A stretch of 64,000 nt of DNA from Treponema sp. UBA7570. GTDB taxonomy: Bacteria > Spirochaetota > Spirochaetia > Treponematales > Treponemataceae. Below, in pieces: positions 29,385 to 39,182 of this stretch. The notes below the pieces were generated by a model, which did no database searches, was not told the DNA's origin, and saw nothing but the letters and a program-made list of their open reading frames with translations. Position numbers and translations under genes: made by a program. Within the stretch, counting starts at the first letter, position 1, and every line of letters starts with the position of its first letter. The stretch is from NCBI RefSeq assembly GCF_002477955.1, contig NZ_DLLE01000052.1; one strand, given 5' to 3'.

Positions 29385-29440
29385 TGATTTTATTGGTTAA
29401 AATGTATTTTAAGTGGGAAAAAGTGGAATAAAGTGGTAAA
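29376..29440 (+). promoter_or_regulatory. mraZ/dcw promoter with MraZ-binding direct repeats
   Basis: TTGACT-N16-TAAAAT, then AAGTGG at 29411, 29421 and 29431 (10-bp period). Confidence 0.85.
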
Positions 29441-29442
29441 AA

Positions 29443-29898
29443 ATGGAGCTTCTGACTGGTGAGTACCGGAACACGCTGGACGAAAAAGGGAGAATTCTCT
29501 TTCCAGCAAAACTTAGAAATGAGTTGTTCGGTGAATCAGATAAAAATGTCCTCATCGTTACGCAGTCGTTTGACCGCTGTTTATGGCTTTATACGCTGGA
29601 AGAATGGAAGACGCTTTCTTCTAAAATTATGGAAACGGCATCTCCTTTCAGCAAGCAAAATCGTCTTGTTCTTCGTAGTCTTATTGCTCCAGCTCAAGAA
29701 GTTGAACTTGATAAAGCTGGACGGCTTTCTATCCCGCAGAGCTTGCGCGAGTATGCAGGACTGTCTAAAGATTGCATAATTCTTGGAATTAACAGGTATA
29801 TGGAGCTTTGGGACAGTGAATCTTATAAATCTTATCTTGAAGAAAATGAGCAGGATTTAAAAGATGCGGCAGAAGCTCTTAGTGCTATAAATTTATAA
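29443..29898 (+). CDS. mraZ: Transcriptional regulator MraZ
   Basis: GEYRNTLDEKGRILFP and LDKAGRLSIPQSLREYAGL. Confidence 0.97.
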   Translation: MELLTGEYRNTLDEKGRILFPAKLRNELFGESDKNVLIVTQSFDRCLWLYTLEEWKTLSSKIMETASPFSKQNRLVLRSLIAPAQEVELDKAGRLSIPQSLREYAGLSKDCIILGINRYMELWDSESYKSYLEENEQDLKDAAEALSAINL

Positions 29899-29977
29899 AT
29901 TTTATTGAAAAAACTGCTGTGTGCCGGACGTTTTTTTTCTGTGCAGTTTTTCCTTGAAGTTTGCGGGAGTTTTTAAG

Positions 29978-30970
29978 TTGGAAATTGTTCATACTCCGGT
30001 TCTTTTGCAGGAATGCTTGGATTATTTAAGTCCTGTTGGAGAGCTTTTTGAGAAAAATGCTTTGATGATTGACTCAACTCTGGGAGAAGGCGGACATTCT
30101 TTTGCTTTTCTTTCCAAATTTCCAGGGCTTCATATTATTGGACTTGATGCTGATAAAAATATTCAGGCCAGAGCACGAGAAAGACTTGCTTTGTTTGGCG
30201 AAAGAATGAAGTTTTTTAACGGCTGGTTTAATGATTTTTATGAGAATTATGATATGTCTGGCGAAAGACCGAATTTAATACTCTTTGATTTGGGCATAAG
30301 TGTTTATCATTACGAAAAAAGCGGGAGGGGATTTTCTTTTCGGCATGATGAACCTTTGGATATGAGGCTTAATGCTTCTGAAGGGGAAAGTGCAGGTGAC
30401 ATTGTAAATTCCTGGAAAGAAGATGAACTGGCAAATATGATTTATTTATACAGCGACGAAAAAATGAGCCGAAAAATTGCAAAGGCGATTGTTGAAGCGA
30501 GAATGGGTGGAAAAATCACTTCTTCAAAAGCTCTTGCGGAAATCATTTGGAATGCGGTTCCTGCAAACTATCGTTACGGTCAGATTCATCCAGCTACAAG
30601 AACTTTTCAGGCTTTGCGAATTGCTGTAAACAGTGAATTGCGTCGTCTGCCAAAAGCTTTGCACAGTGCGTTCAATGTTTTGAAAGACGGTGGAAAAATG
30701 GGCGTGATTACTTTTCATTCTCTGGAAGACCGCATTGTAAAAAATTATTTTAGAAATTTAGGAAAACAGTGTGTTTGTCCTCCGGAACAGGCTGCCTGCA
30801 CTTGCGGTGGTACTGCCTGCGCTGAAATTTTGACCAGAAAGCCTGTTGAGCCGACTGCCCAGGAAGTAAAGATGAATTCCCCAAGCAGAAGCGCAAAACT
30901 TCGTGTTGTGCGGAAAATCCATGATGCGAGCGCCCGGCATTTTATGGCAATCGAAGAGGAGGCTATGTGA
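29978..30970 (+). CDS. rsmH: 16S rRNA m4C1402 methyltransferase RsmH
   Basis: HTPVLL, DSTLGEGGHS, DLGIS, HPATRTFQALRIAVNSEL, FHSLEDRIVK, SRSAKLR; probable TTG start at 29978. Confidence 0.96.
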   Translation: MEIVHTPVLLQECLDYLSPVGELFEKNALMIDSTLGEGGHSFAFLSKFPGLHIIGLDADKNIQARARERLALFGERMKFFNGWFNDFYENYDMSGERPNLILFDLGISVYHYEKSGRGFSFRHDEPLDMRLNASEGESAGDIVNSWKEDELANMIYLYSDEKMSRKIAKAIVEARMGGKITSSKALAEIIWNAVPANYRYGQIHPATRTFQALRIAVNSELRRLPKALHSAFNVLKDGGKMGVITFHSLEDRIVKNYFRNLGKQCVCPPEQAACTCGGTACAEILTRKPVEPTAQEVKMNSPSRSAKLRVVRKIHDASARHFMAIEEEAM

Positions 30971-31263
30971 TGAAAAGAAAATTTTTTAAATCATATTTTT
31001 TTGCCTGCCTTGCAACTTTTTTGATTCCTGTTTTGCTGGTTTTTCAGGCGTTTCAGTCTTATCGCTATAAAAAACTGAGCGCAGAGATAAAAACACTGGA
31101 AAAAAAACAGGTTGAGCTTGTTGAACAGAACAGAAAATTGATTTCTGATATAAGCGTGCTTTCGAGTTCTGAAAGAATTGAAAAAATTGCCGAAGAAGAG
31201 CTTGGAATGCGGAAAGCCAACACCGAAGATATTGTTCGTGTTGAGATTAAAGGGGAAAATTAA
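30967..31263 (+). CDS. ftsL: Cell division protein FtsL
   Basis: Single TM plus coiled coil, LSSSERIEKIAEEELGM; follows rsmH. Confidence 0.85.
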   Translation: MMKRKFFKSYFFACLATFLIPVLLVFQAFQSYRYKKLSAEIKTLEKKQVELVEQNRKLISDISVLSSSERIEKIAEEELGMRKANTEDIVRVEIKGEN

Positions 31264-31281
31264 AATTTAGGGTAACATAAA

Positions 31282-32751
31282 ATGAAGAATCTTGCTGCTG
31301 AAAATACAAATACATCTCTTTTGACGTTGAATGAGCTTCTTGAAGTTGTTCGAGGAAGCGTTGTCGGCAATTTTGATTCTTCTCTTTTTTCTTTTAAATC
31401 CGTTGTGACTGACAGCCGCAATGTTGTTCCTTATTCACTTTTCGTGCCTCTAATTGGAGAGTTTCAGGACGGACACAAATATATTCCTCAAGCTTTGGAA
31501 AAAGGCGCATCGGTTGTTTTTGTTGCACGCTGTGCTTTTGAAAAATCTTCTGAAGAATTAAAAAAACTGGCAGAAAATAACCCGAAAACTGCATTCATTC
31601 TTGTTGAAAATACCCTTTATGCGCTTCAAAAAACTGCCGAACGCTATGTTGAGAAATTCCCGGACTTGATTCGCGTGTCTGTAACAGGTTCCAGCGGAAA
31701 AACTACAACTAAAGAGATTATAGCATCTGTTTTGAGCGAAAAATACGATGTTGTCTGCAATAAAGGAAATTTGAATAGCGAAACTGGCCTTCCTTTGAGC
31801 TGTTTTGAAATTCGGAGCGAAAATCAGGTTGCGCTTCTCGAAATGGGAATGAACCGTGAGGGCGAAATCGGTGAGCTTGCCGAAATTTTTAAGCCTCAAT
31901 TTTGTGCAATTACGAATATTGGAACGGCTCATATTGGAAAACTTGGAAGCCGCCAGAAAATTGCGGAAGAAAAAAAGAAGATTTTTAATTTCTTAAAGGA
32001 AGATGGAATCGCCGTAATTCCCGAAAACGATGATTTTTCTGATTTTTTAGCAGAAGGTGTAAAAGGAAAAATTGTTTTTTATGGAAAAAATGTAAAAAAC
32101 AATGGAATTGAATTTTTGAGCGATGATGGAATTGACGGAACGAGTTTTAAGCTGGACGGCGAAACTGTTCATCTTGCAATTCCTGGAAGCTATAATTATT
32201 TAAATGCGCTTGCCGCAGTTGAAATTGGCCACGCTCTTGGACTTTCCAGCCGGCAGATTAAAAATGGAATTGAAAAAGTAAAGCCTTTAAATGGCAGAAG
32301 CCGTATTTTAAAGGGAAAATATAAAATTCTTGAAGACTGTTACAACGCAAATCCAGATTCTATGGAAAAAGCTTTGGAATTTGCTGGCAGCATAAAATTT
32401 AGTGGAAAAAAGATTTTTGTTCTCGGGTCTATGCTTGAACTTGGGCAGGAGTCGTGCGAAGCTCACAAAAAAGCCGGTCTTGAAGCTGTAAGAGGCGGAG
32501 CGGATATGATCGTTTTTGTGGGAAAAGACATGCTCAGCGGGTTTGAATGTGCAAAAAGTTGCGGACAGAGGGCAGAAAATCTTCGCCTTGAATATTTTGA
32601 ACACAGCGATGAAGATTCAATCAGGAAAATTGCTGAAATAATAAAAAATTTTGCAGTTGAAGGCGATTTTATTCTTCTGAAGGCAAGTCATGGAATTGCA
32701 TTGGAACGTCTTGTTCCGCTTTTAAACGGTGGTGGGACTGAAAATGCATAA
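31282..32751 (+). CDS. murF: UDP-MurNAc-tripeptide--D-Ala-D-Ala ligase MurF
   Basis: VTGSSGKTTTKE, LEMGMN, DCYNANPDSM, LGSMLELG, LLKASHG. Confidence 0.96.
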   Translation: MKNLAAENTNTSLLTLNELLEVVRGSVVGNFDSSLFSFKSVVTDSRNVVPYSLFVPLIGEFQDGHKYIPQALEKGASVVFVARCAFEKSSEELKKLAENNPKTAFILVENTLYALQKTAERYVEKFPDLIRVSVTGSSGKTTTKEIIASVLSEKYDVVCNKGNLNSETGLPLSCFEIRSENQVALLEMGMNREGEIGELAEIFKPQFCAITNIGTAHIGKLGSRQKIAEEKKKIFNFLKEDGIAVIPENDDFSDFLAEGVKGKIVFYGKNVKNNGIEFLSDDGIDGTSFKLDGETVHLAIPGSYNYLNALAAVEIGHALGLSSRQIKNGIEKVKPLNGRSRILKGKYKILEDCYNANPDSMEKALEFAGSIKFSGKKIFVLGSMLELGQESCEAHKKAGLEAVRGGADMIVFVGKDMLSGFECAKSCGQRAENLRLEYFEHSDEDSIRKIAEIIKNFAVEGDFILLKASHGIALERLVPLLNGGGTENA

Positions 32752-33910
32752 TTTTAATTTTTTTGCCGAAAAACCAAGTTCAACTTATAGAAAAAGCGAC
32801 TTTCATTTTTTAATTCTCGTTGTTTTATTGTGGGGAATTGGAATTGTAACGCTTTATTTTTGTTCTATGACTTACGGCATGCGTTTTCATCAAAATCCGT
32901 TTCATTCTACTCAAAGGCAACTTATAAGTTCGTTTATCGGGCTTCTTTTTATGATTTTTTTTGGAGTGATTGATATAAAAAAACTCCGCAAAATACTGCC
33001 TTTTATTGTTTTGGGTTCTCTTTTTCTTTGTGTCTTGACTTTTATACCGGGAATTGGAGTTGAAAGAAACGGTGCGCGCCGATGGATAAAAATTCCGTAT
33101 TTTTCAACTTTTCAGCCTTCCGAAGCTATAAAATTTTCGATGGTTTTGTATTTGGCCAATCTTTTTGACAAGCAACGCAATTCCCTCGAAGAAGAAAGGT
33201 CGGATTTTCCGGCTGTTATTGGGCTTGTAGTTTTTGGTGGAATTGTTTTTGCTCAGCAAGATTTTAGTACAGGGATTTTTATAATTGGCTCAGGACTTTT
33301 GCTTTTTTTTGTTTCGGGTGTCAAATTAAAGATGTTTATTCCTCTTGCAGGACTTGCAATTCCTTTTTTTGCGCTTTTTATTCTTCTTGAGCCGTATCGC
33401 GTAAACAGAATCGTTGGTTTTTTAGCGCCGGACAGTTACGAGCAGACGCTTAACTGGCAGGTAAACGGCGCAAAACGCGCAATTATTGACGGCGGACTTT
33501 TTGGACAAGGAATTGGAACTGGCTTGACGAAATTGGGCGGAGTTCCAGAAATTCAGTCCGACTATATTTTTGCAGGCTGGGCGGAAGCCATGGGGCTTTT
33601 TGGCGTTGCGGTTTATATTGCAATTCTTTCGGCCTTTGCTTATAGGGTTGTAAAAATAAGCTTGCACTGCGGAAATTATTTTGCTGCGATTTCTTCGTTT
33701 GGCTTTGGAATGATGATTGTCTTGCAGTCTCTTGTGAATATTGGCGTAGCTGGCGGAGTTTTGCCTTCCACAGGAATTCCGTTGCCGTTTTTTAGTTCTG
33801 GCGGTTCTTCAATTATTTTTACACTTGCAATGTGCGGTTTTATCCTAAATGCGTCGAGAATTGAAGAAGAAAATGAAATTGAAAATTTTGACGGAGAAGG
33901 GATAAGATGA
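32744..33910 (+). CDS. ftsW: SEDS peptidoglycan glycosyltransferase FtsW
   Basis: NGARRWI, FQPSEAIK, PEIQSDYIF, PSTGIPLPFFSSGGSS. Confidence 0.95.
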   Translation: MHNFNFFAEKPSSTYRKSDFHFLILVVLLWGIGIVTLYFCSMTYGMRFHQNPFHSTQRQLISSFIGLLFMIFFGVIDIKKLRKILPFIVLGSLFLCVLTFIPGIGVERNGARRWIKIPYFSTFQPSEAIKFSMVLYLANLFDKQRNSLEEERSDFPAVIGLVVFGGIVFAQQDFSTGIFIIGSGLLLFFVSGVKLKMFIPLAGLAIPFFALFILLEPYRVNRIVGFLAPDSYEQTLNWQVNGAKRAIIDGGLFGQGIGTGLTKLGGVPEIQSDYIFAGWAEAMGLFGVAVYIAILSAFAYRVVKISLHCGNYFAAISSFGFGMMIVLQSLVNIGVAGGVLPSTGIPLPFFSSGGSSIIFTLAMCGFILNASRIEEENEIENFDGEGIR

Positions 33911-34728
33911 GTGAGATAATGATAACCTCTTTTGAGGATTTTAAGGTTCAGGATCATAAGAAAAAAGACACGAAAGGCAAGGTTTTGAAGGTTGTGTTTG
34001 CAATTCTTCTTGTTTTGCTTTTTGTGGAAGCGCTTGTTTATATTTTTGTTTTTCCGTGCCTAAATAATGTAAAGATAAATTTTTACGGCTTGAATAATTG
34101 CACTCGCCAGGAGCTTGTAAATGCCTGCGGCGAAAAACTCAACAGAAATTTTATCCGGTTCAATAAGGTTCAGGTTCAGTCGATAATTGCAAGTATTCCC
34201 GGAATCGAAGATGTTGAAATTGAACGGCGGTTTCCTGACAGAATTTTTATAAAAATAAAGGAAAGAGAGCCGGTTGCAGTTACTTTTGTGAATAAAAATG
34301 ACAGAACTGTGCCTGTTCAAATCGACAAAAACGGAGTACTATTTCCTGTAAAATCTGCCGAGCTTCCTGTTGACGGTTCAATTCCGATTATTTCTGGAGT
34401 TCCTGTAGAAAATATTCCTGAGGGAATGAGGCTTCCTTCAAAATATCATTTGCTTATTGATCAGATTGCAAAAATTCAGTCTGTAAACAAAAAATATTTT
34501 GCGGCAGTTTCTGAAATTCATGTTGTTCCTCGCGAATACGGCAATTTTGAACTTGTTTTGATTCCGTTAAAAGCTCACCTTCGGGTTCTTGCAGATCGTA
34601 TTTTGGACGAAGATACGCTGCAAAAAATGATGGTGACTCTTGACGTTGTGACTGGTTTGGATCGCGATGTTGATGTAATCGATTTGCGCTACGGTTCAAT
34701 TTCTTATCATTCCCGTTCTTCAAAGTAA
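33907..34728 (+). CDS. ftsQ: Cell division protein FtsQ/DivIB
   Basis: TM plus POTRA (IERRFPDRIFIKIKEREP), C-terminal IDLRYG; between ftsW and ftsA. Confidence 0.88.
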   Translation: MSEIMITSFEDFKVQDHKKKDTKGKVLKVVFAILLVLLFVEALVYIFVFPCLNNVKINFYGLNNCTRQELVNACGEKLNRNFIRFNKVQVQSIIASIPGIEDVEIERRFPDRIFIKIKEREPVAVTFVNKNDRTVPVQIDKNGVLFPVKSAELPVDGSIPIISGVPVENIPEGMRLPSKYHLLIDQIAKIQSVNKKYFAAVSEIHVVPREYGNFELVLIPLKAHLRVLADRILDEDTLQKMMVTLDVVTGLDRDVDVIDLRYGSISYHSRSSK

Positions 34729-34750
34729 CGGTTGTTTTTAGGAGCATATT

Positions 34751-36001
34751 TTGGGCAATATTATAGTTGGTCTTGATCTTGGTACAAGCAATGTGCGCAC
34801 TGTAATTGGAGAAATTACGGAAGACAACAAAATAGAAATTATCGGTACGGCTCAAAAAGCATCTGCTGGCCTACGAAACGGCATAATCGTAAACCGTGAA
34901 AGTGCAATGGAATGTATAAAAAATTGTATTGAAGAAGCGGAGCAAAAGGCTGGATATGAAGTTTATTCTTGCGTGACTGCAATTGGCGGTCAGCAAGTTG
35001 AAAGTCAGAATTCAACTGGATTTTTGCCGATCGCTTCTCACGGAAAAGGCGCACGGGAAATTACAAAACAGGACATTAAGAATGTTATTGACGCTTCAAA
35101 TTCAATAAATATTCCTTATGACAGAAAAATGCTTCATGTAATTCCTCAGAATTTTATTATTGATGGAAACCTGCCTTGCAAAGAGCCGCTTGGAAATCTT
35201 GCTGTCAGGCTTGAAGCGGAAGTTTTAATAATCACCACTTCAAAAACTGCAATTGCAAATATAACTCAATGTATTGAACGCGCAGGTTATTCAATTGATA
35301 ATATTATGTTGAAAACTTTGGCTTCCATGCACGCTGTAATGGATCCTGAAGAAAGGGATTTGGGGTCAATTATAATTGATTTGGGCGGAGGAACTACGGA
35401 CGCAATCGTCATAAATAAAGATGCTCCCGTCTGTACTGTTTCGATTCCTGTCGGCGGCAACCTTGTTACGAACGACATTGCTGTCGTAAAAGGAGTTTCT
35501 GCCGCAAATGCTGAAAAAATTAAAATTGAAGACGGATGCTGCTGGCTCGATGCAATGGAAGGTGAAAGGGAAGTTATAATTCCTGGTGCTGGCGGCCGTC
35601 CGCCGGAAGTTTGTGCTCGTTCAGAAATTTGCGAAATTATTGAACCTCGAATGCAGGAAATTTTTACAATGATTCGAGATGAGATAATTGACCGGGCAAA
35701 TTTGCAGTTGTCTGGAAATATTATTTTGACGGGTGGCGGGGCGCTTATGCCTGGAGTTGTCCAGCTTGCTGAAAGCGTTTTTGGCACAACTGCCGTTAGA
35801 ATCGGAGTTCCTGGAGATTTTGGTGGAATTCGTGAAGAATATAGAAGACCGGATTTTGCAACAGCTGTTGGACTTGTAAACGGTTATTTTGAAGGATTTT
35901 GCGGATCAGACAGTCCGAACAAAAAAAGTAAAAAAGGACAGAACGAAAAACATTCTGATGAAATTGGACTTATCCAGAAATTTTTCAAAAAGTTTTTTTA
36001 G
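34751..36001 (+). CDS. ftsA: Cell division protein FtsA
   Basis: VGLDLGTSNV, IDLGGGTT, VGGNLVTNDI, ILTGGGA, C-terminal amphipathic FFKKFF; TTG start after AGGAG. Confidence 0.96.
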   Translation: MGNIIVGLDLGTSNVRTVIGEITEDNKIEIIGTAQKASAGLRNGIIVNRESAMECIKNCIEEAEQKAGYEVYSCVTAIGGQQVESQNSTGFLPIASHGKGAREITKQDIKNVIDASNSINIPYDRKMLHVIPQNFIIDGNLPCKEPLGNLAVRLEAEVLIITTSKTAIANITQCIERAGYSIDNIMLKTLASMHAVMDPEERDLGSIIIDLGGGTTDAIVINKDAPVCTVSIPVGGNLVTNDIAVVKGVSAANAEKIKIEDGCCWLDAMEGEREVIIPGAGGRPPEVCARSEICEIIEPRMQEIFTMIRDEIIDRANLQLSGNIILTGGGALMPGVVQLAESVFGTTAVRIGVPGDFGGIREEYRRPDFATAVGLVNGYFEGFCGSDSPNKKSKKGQNEKHSDEIGLIQKFFKKFF

Positions 36002-36127
36002 AAGGTCAAAAGTCAATTTTTAGAATGTTTTGATAAAACTCGATATTTGTTCTGGAAAAACATCTAAAAACTGGAGTTTATAAAAAGCAGATGGGGATTT
36101 GCTAAAAAATATGGGCGGGAGGACAAA

Positions 36128-37504
36128 ATGAATATTCTAGCCGTAAACGAGGAAAAATCGGAAAAAACAGAACCTGATTTTTCAGTAAAAACAATCGAAC
36201 CTGTAAATCCTACAAAAATAAAGGTTATCGGTTGCGGTGGCTGTGGCGGAAATGCCGTAAATAATATGATTGATGCCGGAATTCAGGGGGTTGAATTTAT
36301 TGCGCTCAATACAGATTTGCAGCATCTTGCTGTTTCCAAGGCCGACTATAAAATTCAAATCGGTAAAAAAATTACCGGAGGACTTGGAGCTGGAATGCAT
36401 CCAGAGATTGGAGAAGAAGCCGCAAAAGAGGAATCTGAAAATCTAAAAAAGCTTCTGCAGGGAACAAATATGGTTTTTATTACGGCAGGAATGGGCGGTG
36501 GAACTGGAACTGGCTCTGCCCCTGTCGTTGCAAAACTCGCAAAAGAACTTGGAATTCTTACTGTCGCTGTAGTCACGACTCCTTTTGATTTTGAAGGTGA
36601 AGCACGACGCGAGCTTGCAGAAGAAGGCATAAAAAAACTCCGAACAGAAGTTGATTCTTTAATTGTGATTCCAAACCAGCGCGTTTTTGAAGGACCAGAA
36701 AAAAAGCCTTCAGTTTTGCAGGGATTTAAAATTATTGATGATATTTTGCGTCAAGGTGTACAGGGAATTTCTGACATAATTACAAAAACTGGCGTTGTAA
36801 ACCGCGACTTTAACGATGTAAATACCGTAATGAAAGGTCAGGGCGATGCTATTCTTGGAATTGGTGTTGCGGAAGGCGAAAACCGTGCTGTCGATGCTGC
36901 TTCTATGGCAATCAACAATAAGCTTCTTTCTGATACTCACATTGACGGAGCAAAAAATGTTCTTGTAAAAATCAGCGGCGATGAAAGCGTTGGTATTGAT
37001 GAATGTGATGAAATTGTAAAAGGAATTACGGCTAGCGCGTCAAAAGATGTAAAGGTTTTGTGGGGGCTTTATACTGAACCAGAACTTGGCGATAAAATCA
37101 GCGTGACTGTAGTTGCTACTGGTTTTAATTCTCCTGAAGTTCTTGAAGAAAAACAGGAAGAATCTGCGGTCGAAGAGAATGTGCAGACATCGGCAAAACA
37201 AAAAAACGACAAAAACACAATCGGTCTTGGCGATTTTATAAACGTTTTGAACGGCGGTTCTTTTGAAGATGTTTCGACATTTTCCGAAAAGAAAAAAGAA
37301 ATTCCTGTGGTTGAACAGAGCACCGCTTCAAAAATCGCAGGCGGCGCAAAACCGGCAAATACTATTGAAGAAAGAAGGGAAAATGTTTCTAACCGCATGC
37401 AGTCAGGCCTTGTTCCTCCGCCGAATTTTGATATAAACGATATAAATCAGCCTACATATTTGAGAAAAAAATATTCAAAACTCATTGATCTTTCAAAAAA
37501 ATAA
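36128..37504 (+). CDS. ftsZ: Cell division protein FtsZ
   Basis: GCGGCGGNAVN, AGMGGGTGTG, PFDFEG, VNRDFNDV, C-terminal QPTYLRK. Confidence 0.97.
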   Translation: MNILAVNEEKSEKTEPDFSVKTIEPVNPTKIKVIGCGGCGGNAVNNMIDAGIQGVEFIALNTDLQHLAVSKADYKIQIGKKITGGLGAGMHPEIGEEAAKEESENLKKLLQGTNMVFITAGMGGGTGTGSAPVVAKLAKELGILTVAVVTTPFDFEGEARRELAEEGIKKLRTEVDSLIVIPNQRVFEGPEKKPSVLQGFKIIDDILRQGVQGISDIITKTGVVNRDFNDVNTVMKGQGDAILGIGVAEGENRAVDAASMAINNKLLSDTHIDGAKNVLVKISGDESVGIDECDEIVKGITASASKDVKVLWGLYTEPELGDKISVTVVATGFNSPEVLEEKQEESAVEENVQTSAKQKNDKNTIGLGDFINVLNGGSFEDVSTFSEKKKEIPVVEQSTASKIAGGAKPANTIEERRENVSNRMQSGLVPPPNFDINDINQPTYLRKKYSKLIDLSKK

Positions 37505-37507
37505 AAA

Positions 37508-38413
37508 ATGACGGTAAAAATGCTTGTTCAACAGTTTTATACTGATGTAAGGACTGTTGAACGGCTTAGCGAAAATACAGCAAAAACTTACGCGGAATGT
37601 GTTGTTCTTTTTTTTAGGTGGCTGGCAAAAGAAAAAATAAAGCTTTCTTCTGTAACCACAAAAAATTTGGTTTATTATCTTGTCTGGAGAAAAACTGAGG
37701 GAACAGACGAACTTACAATTGCGAAAGATATTTCGGCGCTCCGGCTTTTTGGTTCTTTTTTAAAAAGAAAAAACTATTGGAAAGAGAATTTTGCCCTTCC
37801 TTTGGACAGACCAAAAGCGAGCCGCTCTCTGCCAAAAGTTTTGAGTGTTGAGCAGGTTGATGCTTTTTTGAATGCAATTGACCTTTCTAAACCGCTGGGG
37901 ATTCGCGACAGAGCCTTGTTTGAGCTTATTTACAGTTGCGGACTTCGGATTAGCGAAGCGGCCGGACTAAAAATACAGAATCTTCATCTTAAAGAGAGGA
38001 TTTTGATTGTCCATGGAAAAGGTGATAAAGAGCGGATGGTGCCGTTTGGAGAAGCTGCAAAAATCCGCCTTGAAGCATATTTAAATGATATTCGGCCGCA
38101 ACTGGTCGGTACTAGAGTAATTGATGAAGTTTTTGTAAATTATCAAGGTAAGCCTTTGAGCAGAAAAGGAATTTGGAAGAATTTTCAAATTTACGAAGCA
38201 AAAAGCGGGATAAATGCAAAAGTTCATACTTTGCGCCATAGTTTTGCAACCCATTTGCTCGCCGGCGGAATGGATTTGCGTTCTGTGCAGGAATTGCTTG
38301 GTCATTCGGATCTTGCAACGACTACGATTTACACGCATATTGAAAATTCTCAATTGAGAGAAGCTCATAAAAAGTTTTTTCCGGGACATAGAACGGAAGA
38401 GCAGGAGGATTAA
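37508..38413 (+). CDS. xerD: Tyrosine recombinase, XerD-like
   Basis: RDRALFELIYSCGLRISE, GKGDKER, HTLRHSFATHLL, LGH...TTIYTH. Confidence 0.8.
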   Translation: MTVKMLVQQFYTDVRTVERLSENTAKTYAECVVLFFRWLAKEKIKLSSVTTKNLVYYLVWRKTEGTDELTIAKDISALRLFGSFLKRKNYWKENFALPLDRPKASRSLPKVLSVEQVDAFLNAIDLSKPLGIRDRALFELIYSCGLRISEAAGLKIQNLHLKERILIVHGKGDKERMVPFGEAAKIRLEAYLNDIRPQLVGTRVIDEVFVNYQGKPLSRKGIWKNFQIYEAKSGINAKVHTLRHSFATHLLAGGMDLRSVQELLGHSDLATTTIYTHIENSQLREAHKKFFPGHRTEEQED

Positions 38414-38417
38414 GAAA

Positions 38418-39182
38418 ATGATAAAAATTGTCCTAAAAAAATCTTCACAAAAAAATTTAAGGAATTCAATTTTTGCCTTTTTTTTAGCCGTATTCCTTTT
38501 TTGCGGCTGTTCTGGAAAATCAAGCAAGACAATAATTCGTCTTCAAAAAATGGAGGAAAATGTTGGTTCTCCTACGACCGAGGCTGAATTAAAAGACGCT
38601 ATAAAAAAATATCAAGACCGTGTAACCGATATTCAGCTTGCAAATTCTCAAATTGGAATTTGGTACAAAATGCTTGCAACACGTTATCTTGATGCAAAAA
38701 TGTACGGGGAAGCCTTAAAAACTTTTCAAACTGCAATTCAATATTATCCTGCAAATCAAAATCTTTTTTATTATGTCGGGGTTTGCGCCGGTTATATGGC
38801 AAAAGCTTCCCTGGATTTTAATGCGGGTGGCGGAACTTCTGCCGAAAAGTTCAATTATTTAAAACTTGCAGAAAGCGCATATTTAAGGGCGATTGAGCTA
38901 GAACCGCGTTATGTCCGTTCACTTTACGGTCTTGGCGTTCTCTATGTATTTGAACTTGATCAGTGCGAAAAAGCAATTCCTTATCTTGAAACTGCGCTTA
39001 GTGTTGAAACAAAAAACACAGACATTATGTTTGTTCTTGCCAGAGCATATTATGTTGAAGATCAGTACGACAAAGCTGTTTCGCTTTATGATAAGATAAT
39101 TTCTGTAACAAAATCTGAGCAGAAAAAAAATAGCGCAGAAGCAAATAAAAAAATTGCACTTGATGCTTCCTATGCAAATTAG
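38418..39182 (+). CDS. TPR-repeat lipoprotein
   Basis: Lipobox LFCGC; TPR-like helices (YGEALKTFQTAIQYYP, AYLRAIELEP). Confidence 0.8.
   Translation: MIKIVLKKSSQKNLRNSIFAFFLAVFLFCGCSGKSSKTIIRLQKMEENVGSPTTEAELKDAIKKYQDRVTDIQLANSQIGIWYKMLATRYLDAKMYGEALKTFQTAIQYYPANQNLFYYVGVCAGYMAKASLDFNAGGGTSAEKFNYLKLAESAYLRAIELEPRYVRSLYGLGVLYVFELDQCEKAIPYLETALSVETKNTDIMFVLARAYYVEDQYDKAVSLYDKIISVTKSEQKKNSAEANKKIALDASYAN

Noticed and set aside
36017..36070. Imperfect AT-rich inverted repeat between ftsA and ftsZ
   Set aside because: Low-complexity arms, a large loop and no U-tract; could arise by chance.
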